DNA of 63,258 nt, counting the filler, from Globobulimina sp. (taxonomy: Eukaryota), in NCBI GenBank assembly GCA_003354225.1. It is 48 parts of 48 records of this genome, joined end to end, with 100 filler letters (N's around TTAATTAATTAA, not from the genome) between each part and the next. Parts side by side here need not be neighbours in the genome. Positions count along the whole stretch, not along the records: positions 11,890 to 13,110 come from PIVH01020704.1; positions 13,211 to 14,431 come from PIVH01020705.1; positions 14,532 to 15,752 come from PIVH01020706.1; positions 15,853 to 17,073 come from PIVH01020707.1; positions 17,174 to 18,394 come from PIVH01020708.1; positions 18,495 to 19,715 come from PIVH01020709.1; positions 19,816 to 21,035 come from PIVH01020710.1; positions 21,136 to 22,355 come from PIVH01020711.1; 40 more parts are not named here. The stretch is one strand, 5' to 3'. Made by a program: the position numbers and the translations under genes. The notes beneath the pieces are model-generated. The model searched no databases, was not told the DNA's origin, and saw nothing but the letters and a program-made list of their open reading frames with translations. Positions 11,969-22,455 of this stretch are shown piece after piece. Every line of letters begins with the position of its first letter. Position 1 is the stretch's first letter.

Positions 11969-12793
11969 GTGACTAAAATGTTATTCAAATCTTTGACTTG
12001 GCGGAAAAAACAAATTGATAGTTTCAACCAACTAAGATCGGTTCTTAAGGGTATTGTTAAAGCTTCTGTAGAATTTGGTGATACCGAATTTGCCAACTAC
12101 CTAATACAAAAATATGAGTCAATAACTGAAACCAAAGAAGATAATTATATTTTACTTTGTTCTTTGAAAGGATATGTAAATTGGTTTATTGGAGAAAGTG
12201 ATATAGCAATCAGTACACTAAGAAAAGCAGAGTATCTTTTGGTATCTGGAAACCAGGAGGATAAACATCTGGTCCGCCATCATCTAGCCCTTTCCCTTAG
12301 GGACAGCAAAGAACCGGAGGCGATAGAAGAGTCTCTCAAAATCTTTCTACAAAATGAAAAACTAGAGATCGTCTCAGATTCAGGAAATATAGATATCGAT
12401 TTAAGCGGTCATTTCTATGGTAATATTGGTAGGTGTTTACAATATAATTCAAAATACGATTTATCTTTGAATTGTTATTTTAAATCCTTCGTACTTCTTT
12501 TTGCAGATGATAGTTCAAATAGACTATTGAATCTTGGCTATGCTTCTAAATGGATTTCTGATACCCTTTTTTTAAAAAATGATAATGAAGCGACTTTTTA
12601 TTTTTTGAAATATGCGTCTGAGCTTTGGAGTAAATGTTCTCCACCACTTGCAAATCCATGTAAAATGAAATTGGCCTCAAAAAAACAAAATTCAACGATT
12701 ACATCCATTCTGTCTCTCGAATCATGGCAGATAGAGCAATACTGTAAATCGTTTATAAATAAGCATTCTAATTTTAACCATAGTAGTTTTTAA
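11969..12793 (+). CDS. Probably bacterial TPR-repeat protein, C-terminal part
   Basis: Intronless; TPR helices (HHLALSLRD, FYGNIGRCLQY, NLGYASKWISD). Style resembles TPR sensor tails of bacterial STAND proteins (inference). Confidence 0.55.
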   Translation: MTKMLFKSLTWRKKQIDSFNQLRSVLKGIVKASVEFGDTEFANYLIQKYESITETKEDNYILLCSLKGYVNWFIGESDIAISTLRKAEYLLVSGNQEDKHLVRHHLALSLRDSKEPEAIEESLKIFLQNEKLEIVSDSGNIDIDLSGHFYGNIGRCLQYNSKYDLSLNCYFKSFVLLFADDSSNRLLNLGYASKWISDTLFLKNDNEATFYFLKYASELWSKCSPPLANPCKMKLASKKQNSTITSILSLESWQIEQYCKSFINKHSNFNHSSF

Positions 12794-13210
12794 CCACCAA
12801 AAAATAAATGTACCACAAACCATCTTCATTTATTAGGCCGACCTAACAGTTACAACTACTTGCATTAATATTGACTCAGTTTTCAACAAAAAACTGTTTT
12901 GACTTGTATCGGTATCCTTAAGTTTTAAAACTGTAGACTATATCTATACATCCGCTCCCAAAACAATGAAGTCAAAGGTCAACACTATTATTAATAGCCC
13001 GGGCTCTATTAAACCGCAATCAGTGTCAATAAACCTATACCTTTTCTTACAACCAACCAAACTCTAGAGACCTGCATTCTTTCATCTAAAGAAAGGTCAA
13101 TTATTAATTGNNNNNNNNNNNNNNNNNNNNNNNNNNNNNNNNNNNNNNNNNNNNTTAATTAATTAANNNNNNNNNNNNNNNNNNNNNNNNNNNNNNNNNN
13201 NNNNNNNNNN

Positions 13211-13700
13211 TGACTATTTAATGCGTTCGAATGAATATAATCCGTCGAAATTGTGTAGGATTTATACACAGTGAATATTGTTAAGAATGCTAAATAGAAT
13301 TCAAATAAAATGAAGAGCCATATCAATGAAAACAAACAATGTGAAAATGTCAACATTAATGATATGACTTCCCGGTTAAAATCAAGCAATGTGTGCGAGG
13401 CTCCAACCAATGGAAACAGACAAAATATTCGATCAAATTGTTGTGGCCAAAATAATAAAGTGCAATGGAATAATGTTGAACATATAGCAACAATTAATAT
13501 GCTGTAAACTTAACTAACAAAGAATAATTGAATGACAAATAATTTCCGTATTTGTTTTTATAATAAAATAGATTTAAAAAGCTTAGAAAATAAAATATAT
13601 TGGATGTTGTGTTCCAAAATTCTGCAATATAATAAGTCACAGCATAATTGCCTTCACACCAATCTCTTGTCGATGTTATTTCTCCCCAAAAACCTGACAT
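13211..13700 (-). CDS. Alkaline ceramidase (CREST family), 3' partial, with frame disruption near 13500-13520
   Basis: GFWGEITSTRDWCEGNYAVTYYIAEFWNTTSN, then SxLFHCTL...QQFD in a different frame. Confidence 0.85.
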
Positions 13701-13921
13701 CCTCAATTATAGTAATTTCAATATCAAAGCGATATATACTTGTCTGGATGTGACAGAGCAACGTTACTATGGTTCGAAGTGAGGTGAAAATTGACTACTA
13801 TATATACTAAACTGTAACATCGATCCTCCAAAAATATAGTCACAGAAACAAGCAGGGTGCTCTTTAATTTGTCACCAATCAATTAAAATCAATTAAAAAT
13901 ACTATAAGAAATCAATTAAAA

Positions 13922-14431
13922 TCAACTATAACGAGTGACAATTGCTTTATTATCATCACACACATATTTCAACCAACTATTCCATAATGGATCGCCTTTC
14001 GACAATGTATTTCTATGACCAACAACAATCAATCCGTTTTTCGGTCGTGTTAACATAACATTAATCCTTCGATAATCTTTTAAGAATCCAACAATTGAGT
14101 CATGATTGCATCGCGTGGCTGAAAATACAATGATGTCACATTCTGACCCTTGAAAGCCATCCACTGTTCTCACTTTTACTCGCTTTTTTTCCTCATAACT
14201 TAACATTTCATATAAACTCTCATCAATCAATTTTTTTTGTGCAGAATAGGGTGATATCACTGTAATATTAATATTATCATTATTATTATGTACAAGCAAT
14301 CTAAAAACAATATCAGTGACAATCTCGGCTTCTCTCTCATTTATTGTACTCGTATATGCTACACATTCCTTTGCATCGTCGCCAGTTTGCACAAAAGCAA
14401 TTGGAAAATCCCTGACAGGCCATTCAAAGCC
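13922..14431 (-). CDS. Superfamily-1 UPF1/DNA2-like helicase C-terminal domain (AAA_12), 5' partial
   Basis: VISPYSAQ, TVDGFQGSECD, GFLKDYRRINVMLTR motifs. Confidence 0.92.
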   Translation of the reverse strand, partial: GFEWPVRDFPIAFVQTGDDAKECVAYTSTINEREAEIVTDIVFRLLVHNNNDNINITVISPYSAQKKLIDESLYEMLSYEEKKRVKVRTVDGFQGSECDIIVFSATRCNHDSIVGFLKDYRRINVMLTRPKNGLIVVGHRNTLSKGDPLWNSWLKYVCDDNKAIVTRYS

Positions 14432-14642
14432 NNNNNNNNNNNNNNNNNNNNNNNNNNNNNNNNNNNNNNNNNNNNTTAATTAATTAANNNNNNNNNNNNN
14501 NNNNNNNNNNNNNNNNNNNNNNNNNNNNNNNTTAATGTCGGGTATTTAATGTTGACATGAAAAAAGCTTTGTGGATTTATTTCTTTTGCTCCACACTACT
14601 GTTTCACAAGTAAGAAAACTCCACAATTCTGTCCCGCAAAAA

Positions 14643-15752
14643 ATGTGCCACAAATGGTGCAAATCTGAAAAACAAAAAATAAAACGGATTAATAAATATG
14701 GTATGTAGTAATGTGTGATTGATTAAACTATGTAAATAATAAATTTATCATCATTTTCAGTTTCAAACTGTATACAAACAAAATAATTTGTTATTGTTTT
14801 CAGTTTCAAACTGAAAATATATAAATCAATCACACATTATTACATACAATATTTATTATAAAACATTACACAGAAACAGAGAAGGAATATGATGATGAAA
14901 TTGCAGATATATTGAATAAAAGAGGTATTCCATTCAAAGGCCCGGGCGACCCACAATGTTATGATTTTTATTCATGCTGTGTCCATGCCAAAAATGGAAA
15001 TGCCGGGCATGTCGTTGTTATACCAGTATGTGAATCGTTATCATATGGAAATGTTGACAAAGATGTAGTTATTGAAATATTCAAGAATTTGAGTGAAAAG
15101 CATCCGCATTTGGCGGGTACAAATAAAGATATTATCAATTCGATTAAGGCAACTGCCAAATATTAAAAATTTACATTGGGATCCATCGGTGAGGATGTGC
15201 ATAATTATAGACCACATCTGCCAGAGATTATACATAGATTAGTATTGTGTCAACAGCCATCTTTTGCGCAAATACTGTCAAAGGCTGTTGATTATATAAA
15301 CGGATTCTACGTAGATGCATATGCGCATATTTGCAGCGATTTTTATTACAAGCCGCAACATTATAAAATAATCACTACATTAATCAATTCGATCCGCCAT
15401 TTTTCCAGCACTGTCAATCGTTTATTTCCCGCCAAATATGATGGTGTCACATATATCAATTTGGCACATAGAGGATTGTTAATTAAAATATTATCAATCG
15501 CGCAAAAAAATGGTTTGTTACCTGCCAGTTATTCCAATCAAAGCATAGAAAATTGGGGCGCCATTGTTGGTAAATCGTTGACGAAAACAAATCAAAGACC
15601 AATCAAAAAATTACCGCCACCTACAAAGAACACAAATACATCTTGTGAATGGCCAACAGAACAAGAATTAATATCAGATGCAAGTAATTATATCGACCAA
15701 GGATCAGCTCGATTGGTATGTTATCAACATGGTCGATGGGATCATGATGTGA
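14643..15752 (+). pseudogene. Hypothetical gene with intron 14701-14873 and in-frame TAA at 15164-15166 (possible pseudogene)
   Basis: GTATGT...ACAG intron joins KRINKY to ETEKEYDD; ORFs 14912.. and 15176.. share a frame, separated by one TAA. Confidence 0.45.
14690..14858. repeat. 35-bp inverted repeat (14690-14724 / 14824-14858, 2 mismatches) enclosing two TTTTCAGTTTCAAACTG copies
   Basis: Direct reading of both arms. Confidence 0.9.
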
Positions 15753-16083
15753 NNNNNNNNNNNNNNNNNNNNNNNNNNNNNNNNNNNNNNNNNNNNTTAA
15801 TTAATTAANNNNNNNNNNNNNNNNNNNNNNNNNNNNNNNNNNNNNNNNNNNNGGGAATGTTAAAGGGAAAAAAAAAAGCATGAAGGAAGCAAAAATTCAA
15901 AAATCTGCTTCGTAATTATTTGTCCATGGCACTTATATTTGCTTGCCATAGCCTCATAATGGCTCCATCTATGCCAGATTACAAAGTAGAATGACAAAAA
16001 AACACGGATGAAGATGAATTTCTCTTCGTTATATATTTAGAAACGCTGGCTTAATATCCAACAAATCATCGGATTTAATTGTA

Positions 16084-16872
16084 TTGGATATGGATGAAAC
16101 AATACTCGATCAGCGAAGTTTTGGTTTTAATACTAAATATCACAATTTTATTGCTTCATTTGATTCGTTTTCAATGTTTAATGATAACACTAACAATGAC
16201 TTGATGTTTAATTTTAACCTTCATTATTATTCGAATTATTTTCACGGTGAATACCAAACTCCGACACTGAATTTAAATCATTTATTTGTTGGGTACGCAA
16301 ATATTGCAATCTTTCGTAAATATTTGATGCAATTTATTTATTTGACACAAAACCAACCAATGCAAACGTATGATATTGTATTATATTCTGCAGCTATTAC
16401 AAAGCTTGTTATTCATCATAGCATCACAATTGAGTTATATTATAATTATGTTTATAAACATTACACTGATCAAAGATTTAAATTTAAATTTTTAATTTCA
16501 AGATCCAATGACAAACAATCAATATTTGTTAAATCAGTTGATACTGTGATGAATGTATTGGATGGATGTTGCGGCAAAGAATGGCGAAACTATCAAAATA
16601 TAATAATTGCGGATGATCAAACTGATAAAGTTTGGAATAATTCTGTATCAAATTCATTTTGGAATACTAAGAAATGTATAATTGCGGTGAATGTGCCACG
16701 TTTTTCTTTATTGCATCATGCAAAAAGTAAGTTGGAAACAATAAATTACAGAGATAATGATTCATTTTTAAGTGTTTTTGGAGATTTTATTCGAAGATTT
16801 GATTCATCAAATTCAAACAAATATTGTTGGCCATATAATTATTACAAAGAATTAATTTGGAGAAATTTATGA
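16084..16872 (+). CDS. HAD-superfamily NIF/FCP1-like phosphatase domain protein
   Basis: LIVLDMDET (DxDxT), YDIVLYSAA and IIIADD motifs in the expected order. Confidence 0.6.
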   Translation: MDMDETILDQRSFGFNTKYHNFIASFDSFSMFNDNTNNDLMFNFNLHYYSNYFHGEYQTPTLNLNHLFVGYANIAIFRKYLMQFIYLTQNQPMQTYDIVLYSAAITKLVIHHSITIELYYNYVYKHYTDQRFKFKFLISRSNDKQSIFVKSVDTVMNVLDGCCGKEWRNYQNIIIADDQTDKVWNNSVSNSFWNTKKCIIAVNVPRFSLLHHAKSKLETINYRDNDSFLSVFGDFIRRFDSSNSNKYCWPYNYYKELIWRNL

Positions 16873-17214
16873 TATATGACTTTTTCAGTCTTGGATTGCT
16901 ATTCTTGTTGTTATTGTTGTTGTTATTGTTAGTGTTATAATTTGGAGGGTTAACGGCAGATAGTAATCTTTGTTGTTTTTCTTGTTGTTAGATTCTTGCA
17001 TTTTTGTATTGGTCTGTGATGGTACTTTGAGAGCGATAAAAGATAGAATCTTGCTGAGGCCCTGTGGTGGAATNNNNNNNNNNNNNNNNNNNNNNNNNNN
17101 NNNNNNNNNNNNNNNNNTTAATTAATTAANNNNNNNNNNNNNNNNNNNNNNNNNNNNNNNNNNNNNNNNNNNNCTCGCCATTGCTTCAATAGTAGTGATT
17201 ATTGTTGTAGTTAT

Positions 17215-17392
17215 TGGTGGTGTTGTTGGCTGAGATATTGTTGGCTGAGCAGTTGTTGGCTGGCCAGTTATTGGTGATAGTGTTGGATATGTTGTTGGCT
17301 GTAATGTAGTTGGCTGTGCTGTCGTTGGCTGGGATGTCGTTGGCTGGGATGTCGTTGGCTGAGCAGTGGTTGGCTGAGCAGTGGTTGGCTGA
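17215..17392 (-). repeat. 15-nt tandem repeat encoding mucin-like QPTTA/QPTTS
   Basis: Repeated GTTGGCTG unit every 15 nt. Confidence 0.8.
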
Positions 17393-17629
17393 GCATAAGG
17401 TTTTTTTTTTTAAGTAATCCATAGGCGGCTCATTTTTCAATGGTCAATGGTCACTTTTTTCAGCTTAGTCATGGATCAAATGGTAGAATCAATGATGCAT
17501 TTTGAATGTTAAAAAGTGTGAGAAATGAAAAGTATGATAAATATTAAATAAAAATGGATAAAAGGAAACAAAATTGTTTGTTTGTTCAAGATATCATAAT
17601 AAAAAGTGCAAAAATGTTATTTGTAGCAC

Positions 17630-18394
17630 TCAACGTCCTCTGTTTTGAAATATTCTTTGCGATAATTTTGATAAAACAAATTTTGTGTTTGTCCAAATTA
17701 CTGAAAGAACTTCTTGTCGTTTCTGAAATCTTTTTATTCTTTGATATGATTTTGCTTCTACTTTCTTTGGTAGGTTTTCCTTAAAATTGATTTTTTTCTC
17801 AATATTCAATGGCTTCTCCACATCATGTCCTCCAACAACTTTTCTCCAAATCCAACATAAAACAATTACATGATCAGATTGCTCATTATCAATTATTGAG
17901 AGCGGAATATTAAAGGAACCACTCATTTTAGTGTTCAATAATAATAATTTCATGCGATGCTGCCATTTATCCCTCACCAAATTCATTATTCGCCCATGTC
18001 TTTCTGCAAATGCATTGCCAGGATTAATTGATATAAAATATTTGTACATTATTACAAACACTGAATGGTTAATTGTATGTGCTTTTTCTTGTATATGTTG
18101 CAATAAACTGATTAAAAATTCAGAAGAGTCAAAGGTATGACCGGGAACACATGCTGGATTTATTGATTCTAAATTATAAAATATTCTTTCTGGATTCGCG
18201 TATTTTGGATTAAGACGTTGTTGTCTTAGTAATTCCTGGATTTCTGTATAGATACAAATGTCTGCTGTGATGTTATTACATTGTATACAATCACAATCAA
18301 AATCAATTTTGTTACGGTCAGCACCATATAATATCAACGCCGCTGAAACAAAACAAGAATTGCCCAAATTTTCATATCCAACTATAAAATAGAT
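17630..18394 (-). CDS. Ubiquitin-specific protease (C19)-like fragment, divergent
   Basis: Cys-box GYENLGNSCFVSAAL and DSSEFLISLL (QQD-box equivalent); no His-box seen. Confidence 0.55.
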   Translation of the reverse strand: MYFIVGYENLGNSCFVSAALILYGADRNKIDFDCDCIQCNNITADICIYTEIQELLRQQRLNPKYANPERIFYNLESINPACVPGHTFDSSEFLISLLQHIQEKAHTINHSVFVIMYKYFISINPGNAFAERHGRIMNLVRDKWQHRMKLLLLNTKMSGSFNIPLSIIDNEQSDHVIVLCWIWRKVVGGHDVEKPLNIEKKINFKENLPKKVEAKSYQRIKRFQKRQEVLSVIWTNTKFVLSKLSQRIFQNRGR

Positions 18395-18494
18395 NNNNNN
18401 NNNNNNNNNNNNNNNNNNNNNNNNNNNNNNNNNNNNNNTTAATTAATTAANNNNNNNNNNNNNNNNNNNNNNNNNNNNNNNNNNNNNNNNNNNN

Positions 18495-19561
18495 TTTTTA
18501 CCTTGTTGGGATTATGGTTATTTCCCATCATATTAAGCATTCAATTGTGATATTACAGAATGATTTGTGTCTGGAGCGTATTCTCAATCATATTTGCTTT
18601 ATTATTAACTATGTCCCGACAGAAACCAATGAACAGGAAAACACCTCGCTTCTTATACTCATTTTTTTATTTTTTATATAAATTGACAAATATCCTATCC
18701 ATCGTAGGATATTTCTTATTTTTATTTGATTTTTTTGGTTTAGGAATATTAATATTTGGGCCACACCCAACAGAAGAACGTGAATATAGAAATAAATTAT
18801 TACATCATCAGCATGAGGCACATATACATGCATTGCACCATGACGGCGATGTACCAGCTGTGAGAGCTGAAATGTTGGCAGAAAAGCACGAATTAGAAGA
18901 GTTGCAGCATGGTTACAGTCATTTACATTTCAGTGACATTGGAATATATTTATTATTCTATGGCTTATATTATGGCGTATTAGCAAGGGATACGGCCAAA
19001 TTGTGTGCCAATTGGATCTCATCGGCACTTGGCTTCTTTAATCCATCTGGCTTTCCACGGAGGAGAGTGCCTGCCAACGTTTGTGCGGTTTGTAACAATC
19101 CGTTAATTGATCATAATATTGGCTTATTTGATGGCGATGAGGATAATGGGAATAATAACAACAAGGAGAATGATTCTACGACTGATCGAAGAATGAAATT
19201 AATGCAACAAAGAAGAAGAATGGATGACAAATTTAGCTCAGCACTACATAGTAATAAACACGGATTTCCATGGAATTTATGCAATTTTAATAACACAAAA
19301 CAAGATGAAGAGTTACAATTGAACTGTAAACATAGGTTCCATGGCTTTTGTATCCGTGGATGGATAATGATTGGTAAACGAGACGTATGTCCTGTTTGTA
19401 AGGAAAAGGTAGATTTAAAGGGGGTGTTCGCCAATCCGTGGCAGAAACAGGATAGAATGTGGTCGCAATTGCTCGATGGCGTTCGCTATTTAATGGTGTG
19501 GAATCCTGTCATTGTTTTAGCTGCAAATCTTGTTTTTAGTTTTTCTGGATCCCCATTTTGA
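18495..19561 (+). CDS. RNF121: RNF121/RNF175-like transmembrane RING-H2 E3 ligase, 5' partial
   Basis: LLFYGLYYGVLARD, CAVC, CKHRFHGFCIRGWIMIGKRDVCPVCKEKVDLK..F.NPW...QLLDGVRYLMVWNP. Confidence 0.92.
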
Positions 19562-19668
19562 AACAATAAACCTACAAATCCTACAATAACACCCATTTAA
19601 ACATTTTTTGTTTTGGTTTCCTTTACGCATTATTCGTGCTTTGTTTAATCTATATATTTGTGCATTAT

Positions 19669-19715
19669 TCGAAATTCATTATATTTTTGAAGTTCAAAAA
19701 TATAATGAATTTCGA
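19669..19715. repeat. Perfect 23-bp fold-back (1-nt loop) at contig end
   Basis: TCGAAATTCATTATATTTTTGAA-G-TTCAAAAATATAATGAATTTCGA. Confidence 0.9.
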
Positions 19716-19815
19716 NNNNNNNNNNNNNNNNNNNNNNNNNNNNNNNNNNNNNNNNNNNNTTAATTAATTAANNNNNNNNNNNNNNNNNNNNNNNNNNNNN
19801 NNNNNNNNNNNNNNN

Positions 19816-19864
19816 GGGACGCTTTCCGCTGCGCTGCAAGCGCCCCTGACCCGCAGCGTTCAAC
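19816..19864 (+). mobile_element. Partial integron attC-like site
   Basis: GC-rich imperfect hairpin GGGACGCTT...AAGCGCCCC followed by TGA-N7-CGTTCAAC (R'-like GTT); 5' half is cut by the contig edge. Confidence 0.5.
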
Positions 19865-20072
19865 AGTCTTCACTATCAAAGTCCATCACTCCTGTGCATA
19901 TAGCAATAGCTAGTCGTTCCTCCTGGCCCTATTCTCTTATCACAGGTTTTTTAAACCTGATGCGTGGTAGAAATCCAAACAACATGCAAACAAGGCTTCA
20001 TATATATTAAAAGTCGTGATACTATCGTCATGGTTTTTTTATTAATTTTTTTCCCACACAAAATGGTGAGAT

Positions 20073-21035
20073 ATGAGATATGCAATTGCCCATATAGCAG
20101 ATATTCATTACCAGAAGGAAGAACCCGAAGGTGCTTCTACAGTTATAAATGCATTCATCAAAGATTTAAGAAAACAAAAAGAATTGTTAGCAGAGTATGA
20201 ATTGTATTTAGTCATTACAGGGGATATTGTTTTCGCTGGCAAAGACAATGACTCATATGAACATTTTTATGACGAATTTAATCAGAAGTTGAATGATATT
20301 GGTATAACAAAAGATTTTCGAATGATAGTTCCTGGAAATCACGACATTGATCGAGATGTCGTAGAACAGGATCTTAAAGATTATCAAGATAAAATATATA
20401 GTAATATAGAAACTGAACAAAAATTTAATAACTATATTAGCAACGAGAATTATCAAGACAATAAGTTTGATAATTATTTGTTATTCGATTCAGATTTTGC
20501 GAATTATGGAATTGATTATTTCCCTCAAGGGAAAGGCTGGGTTATTAATGATAATTTGGGTGTATATTGCCTTAATTCTGCCCTATGTTCATTTGGTGGG
20601 GCAAACAATATAAATGATAGAGAGCAGTTAGCGATATATACACGAGGAATAATTGATTGGTGTATAAACAATAAAACAACAACAAAAATATTATTGATGC
20701 ATCATCCCATTACCCATTTAAACAAATGGAGTAGAGATGAAATAAAACAAATTATTGAAAAAAATTTTACTCTATGCCTTTGCGGACACAATCATGAGCA
20801 AGATCTTTTTTACAATAAAATCTCACACAAATCATTAATATGTTCAGCTCCTCAATTATTTACCAATAAAGAAGATTTATTGGGTTACACTATAATTCTT
20901 ATAGAAAAAAATTCTATAGATAAGATTATATATAAGGAATATGTAAAAGGTAATTTTCTGAATGGTTCGAGGTTCTCGGAAAATAATGAGGGAATTGTTA
21001 ATATAGAGAATAATTATCTTAAGTGCATTGAAGTT
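20073..21035 (+). CDS. Bacterial calcineurin-like metallophosphoesterase, N-terminal domain of a longer protein, 3' partial
   Basis: All five motifs: HIADIH, TGDIV, PGNHD, MHHP, CGHNH; intronless; ORF runs off the contig. Confidence 0.88.
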
Positions 21036-21521
21036 NNNNNNNNNNNNNNNNNNNNNNNNNNNNNNNNNNNNNNNNNNNNTTAATTAATTAANNNNNNNNN
21101 NNNNNNNNNNNNNNNNNNNNNNNNNNNNNNNNNNNATAAACCGTTTTTAAGAATTTTAAGTTGTATGATTTGCTGTGTTTGAAGTAATCAAACACAAACC
21201 GTTTCTGAGTTTGCACAAACTGTTATCGGAAATACTGTATGTAGTTCTGGATTCATGTTTAAAGCGTAAAAATAATGCTTTTCAATTTTCTTTAGCAGAG
21301 TTAAAATGTTTTTTTATTGAGTTTAAAAAACCTTTTGTATCATCATGACAACTCCTCTCAAACTAGCACAATTTGTCCCAAATCGGTCCATACTTGTATG
21401 TATTAATTGTATTTATAATGATAATAATTAAACGGCACAATATATTTAGAACAAACTGTTTTATTATAGTAACAGAAAAATAACAACATTCAACAAATGG
21501 CACTTTTATCCATCAAAAAAT

Positions 21522-22335
21522 ATGTCCATAAATCATCATAACAATATATATTTAACTACGTATACATCACAACATTATCGATCAATGTCAACACAAGATA
21601 AAAATAATGAAGATGCCAATGACGAACAATCAGAGCAATCCGAACAATCTGAAGAGTCAGAAGAAGAAACAGAGTCCGATGATACTGATGAATCTGCGCA
21701 ACAAGTTTAGTGTATAGAAATTATCAGAAATTTCCCTTTTTTTTCCCCTATTTATTAGTATAAATCCATTGCTTTTATAGTTTTGCCAACACTGAACATA
21801 CAAAAAGCTAACCATCGAAAATCAAGAAAAATCTGGAAATTTCTGTCAAAGATTGCTTTTTTGGCTGTTTGCTCCCTTTAAGCAAACCCACCATAAACCA
21901 GTCGAATTGTTCAGTGTTGGCACCAAAACCGACATAATTTGCGATGATATTTATGATTACAATGTAACTGATATACAGATAGCAGAGTTACAAAATAAAA
22001 CTGTCGAATTACAATCGGAATTGAAAAAATATAAAGACGCATTGGCGCGATCTCACGCAGATACCATAAATATACAAAATATGAATAAAAAAGATGTAGA
22101 AAATACGAGGAAATTTGCAACAAAAAGTTTCTCCAAAGATATGCTGAATGTGGCGGATTCATTGACGGGTTGCATTGATGCAATAAATAAAGATTTAAGC
22201 GATGATAAAGTGATGGATGAAAATATCAAATCTGTAGTGGATGGGGTCAAAATAACGCACAATACTTTAATGGATACATTTCGACGACATGGAATTGCCA
22301 AAATTGAGGCATTGCATAAAGAATTTGATCTATAG
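21522..22335 (+). CDS. grpE: Mitochondrial GrpE nucleotide-exchange factor, C-terminally truncated; intron 21705-21978
   Basis: ARSHADTIN...KFATKSFSKDMLNVADSL...DGVKITH..LMDTFRRHGI..EFD; the expected PNxHEA tail is absent. Confidence 0.85.
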
Positions 22336-22455
22336 GTGTTTGAACCCATTTTTTTNNNNNNNNNNNNNNNNNNNNNNNNNNNNNNNNNNNNNNNNNNNNT
22401 TAATTAATTAANNNNNNNNNNNNNNNNNNNNNNNNNNNNNNNNNNNNNNNNNNNN

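Noticed and set aside
15164-15166. In-frame stops (also 11936 and 48877) as an alternative genetic code
   Set aside because: Sporadic, involve different codons, two are near contig edges; conserved genes terminate at TAA, TAG and TGA normally, and other internal stops fall in introns.
11890-21035. Bacterial TPR gene plus metallophosphoesterase as one defence island
   Set aside because: Different contigs ordered only by length; no linkage evidence.
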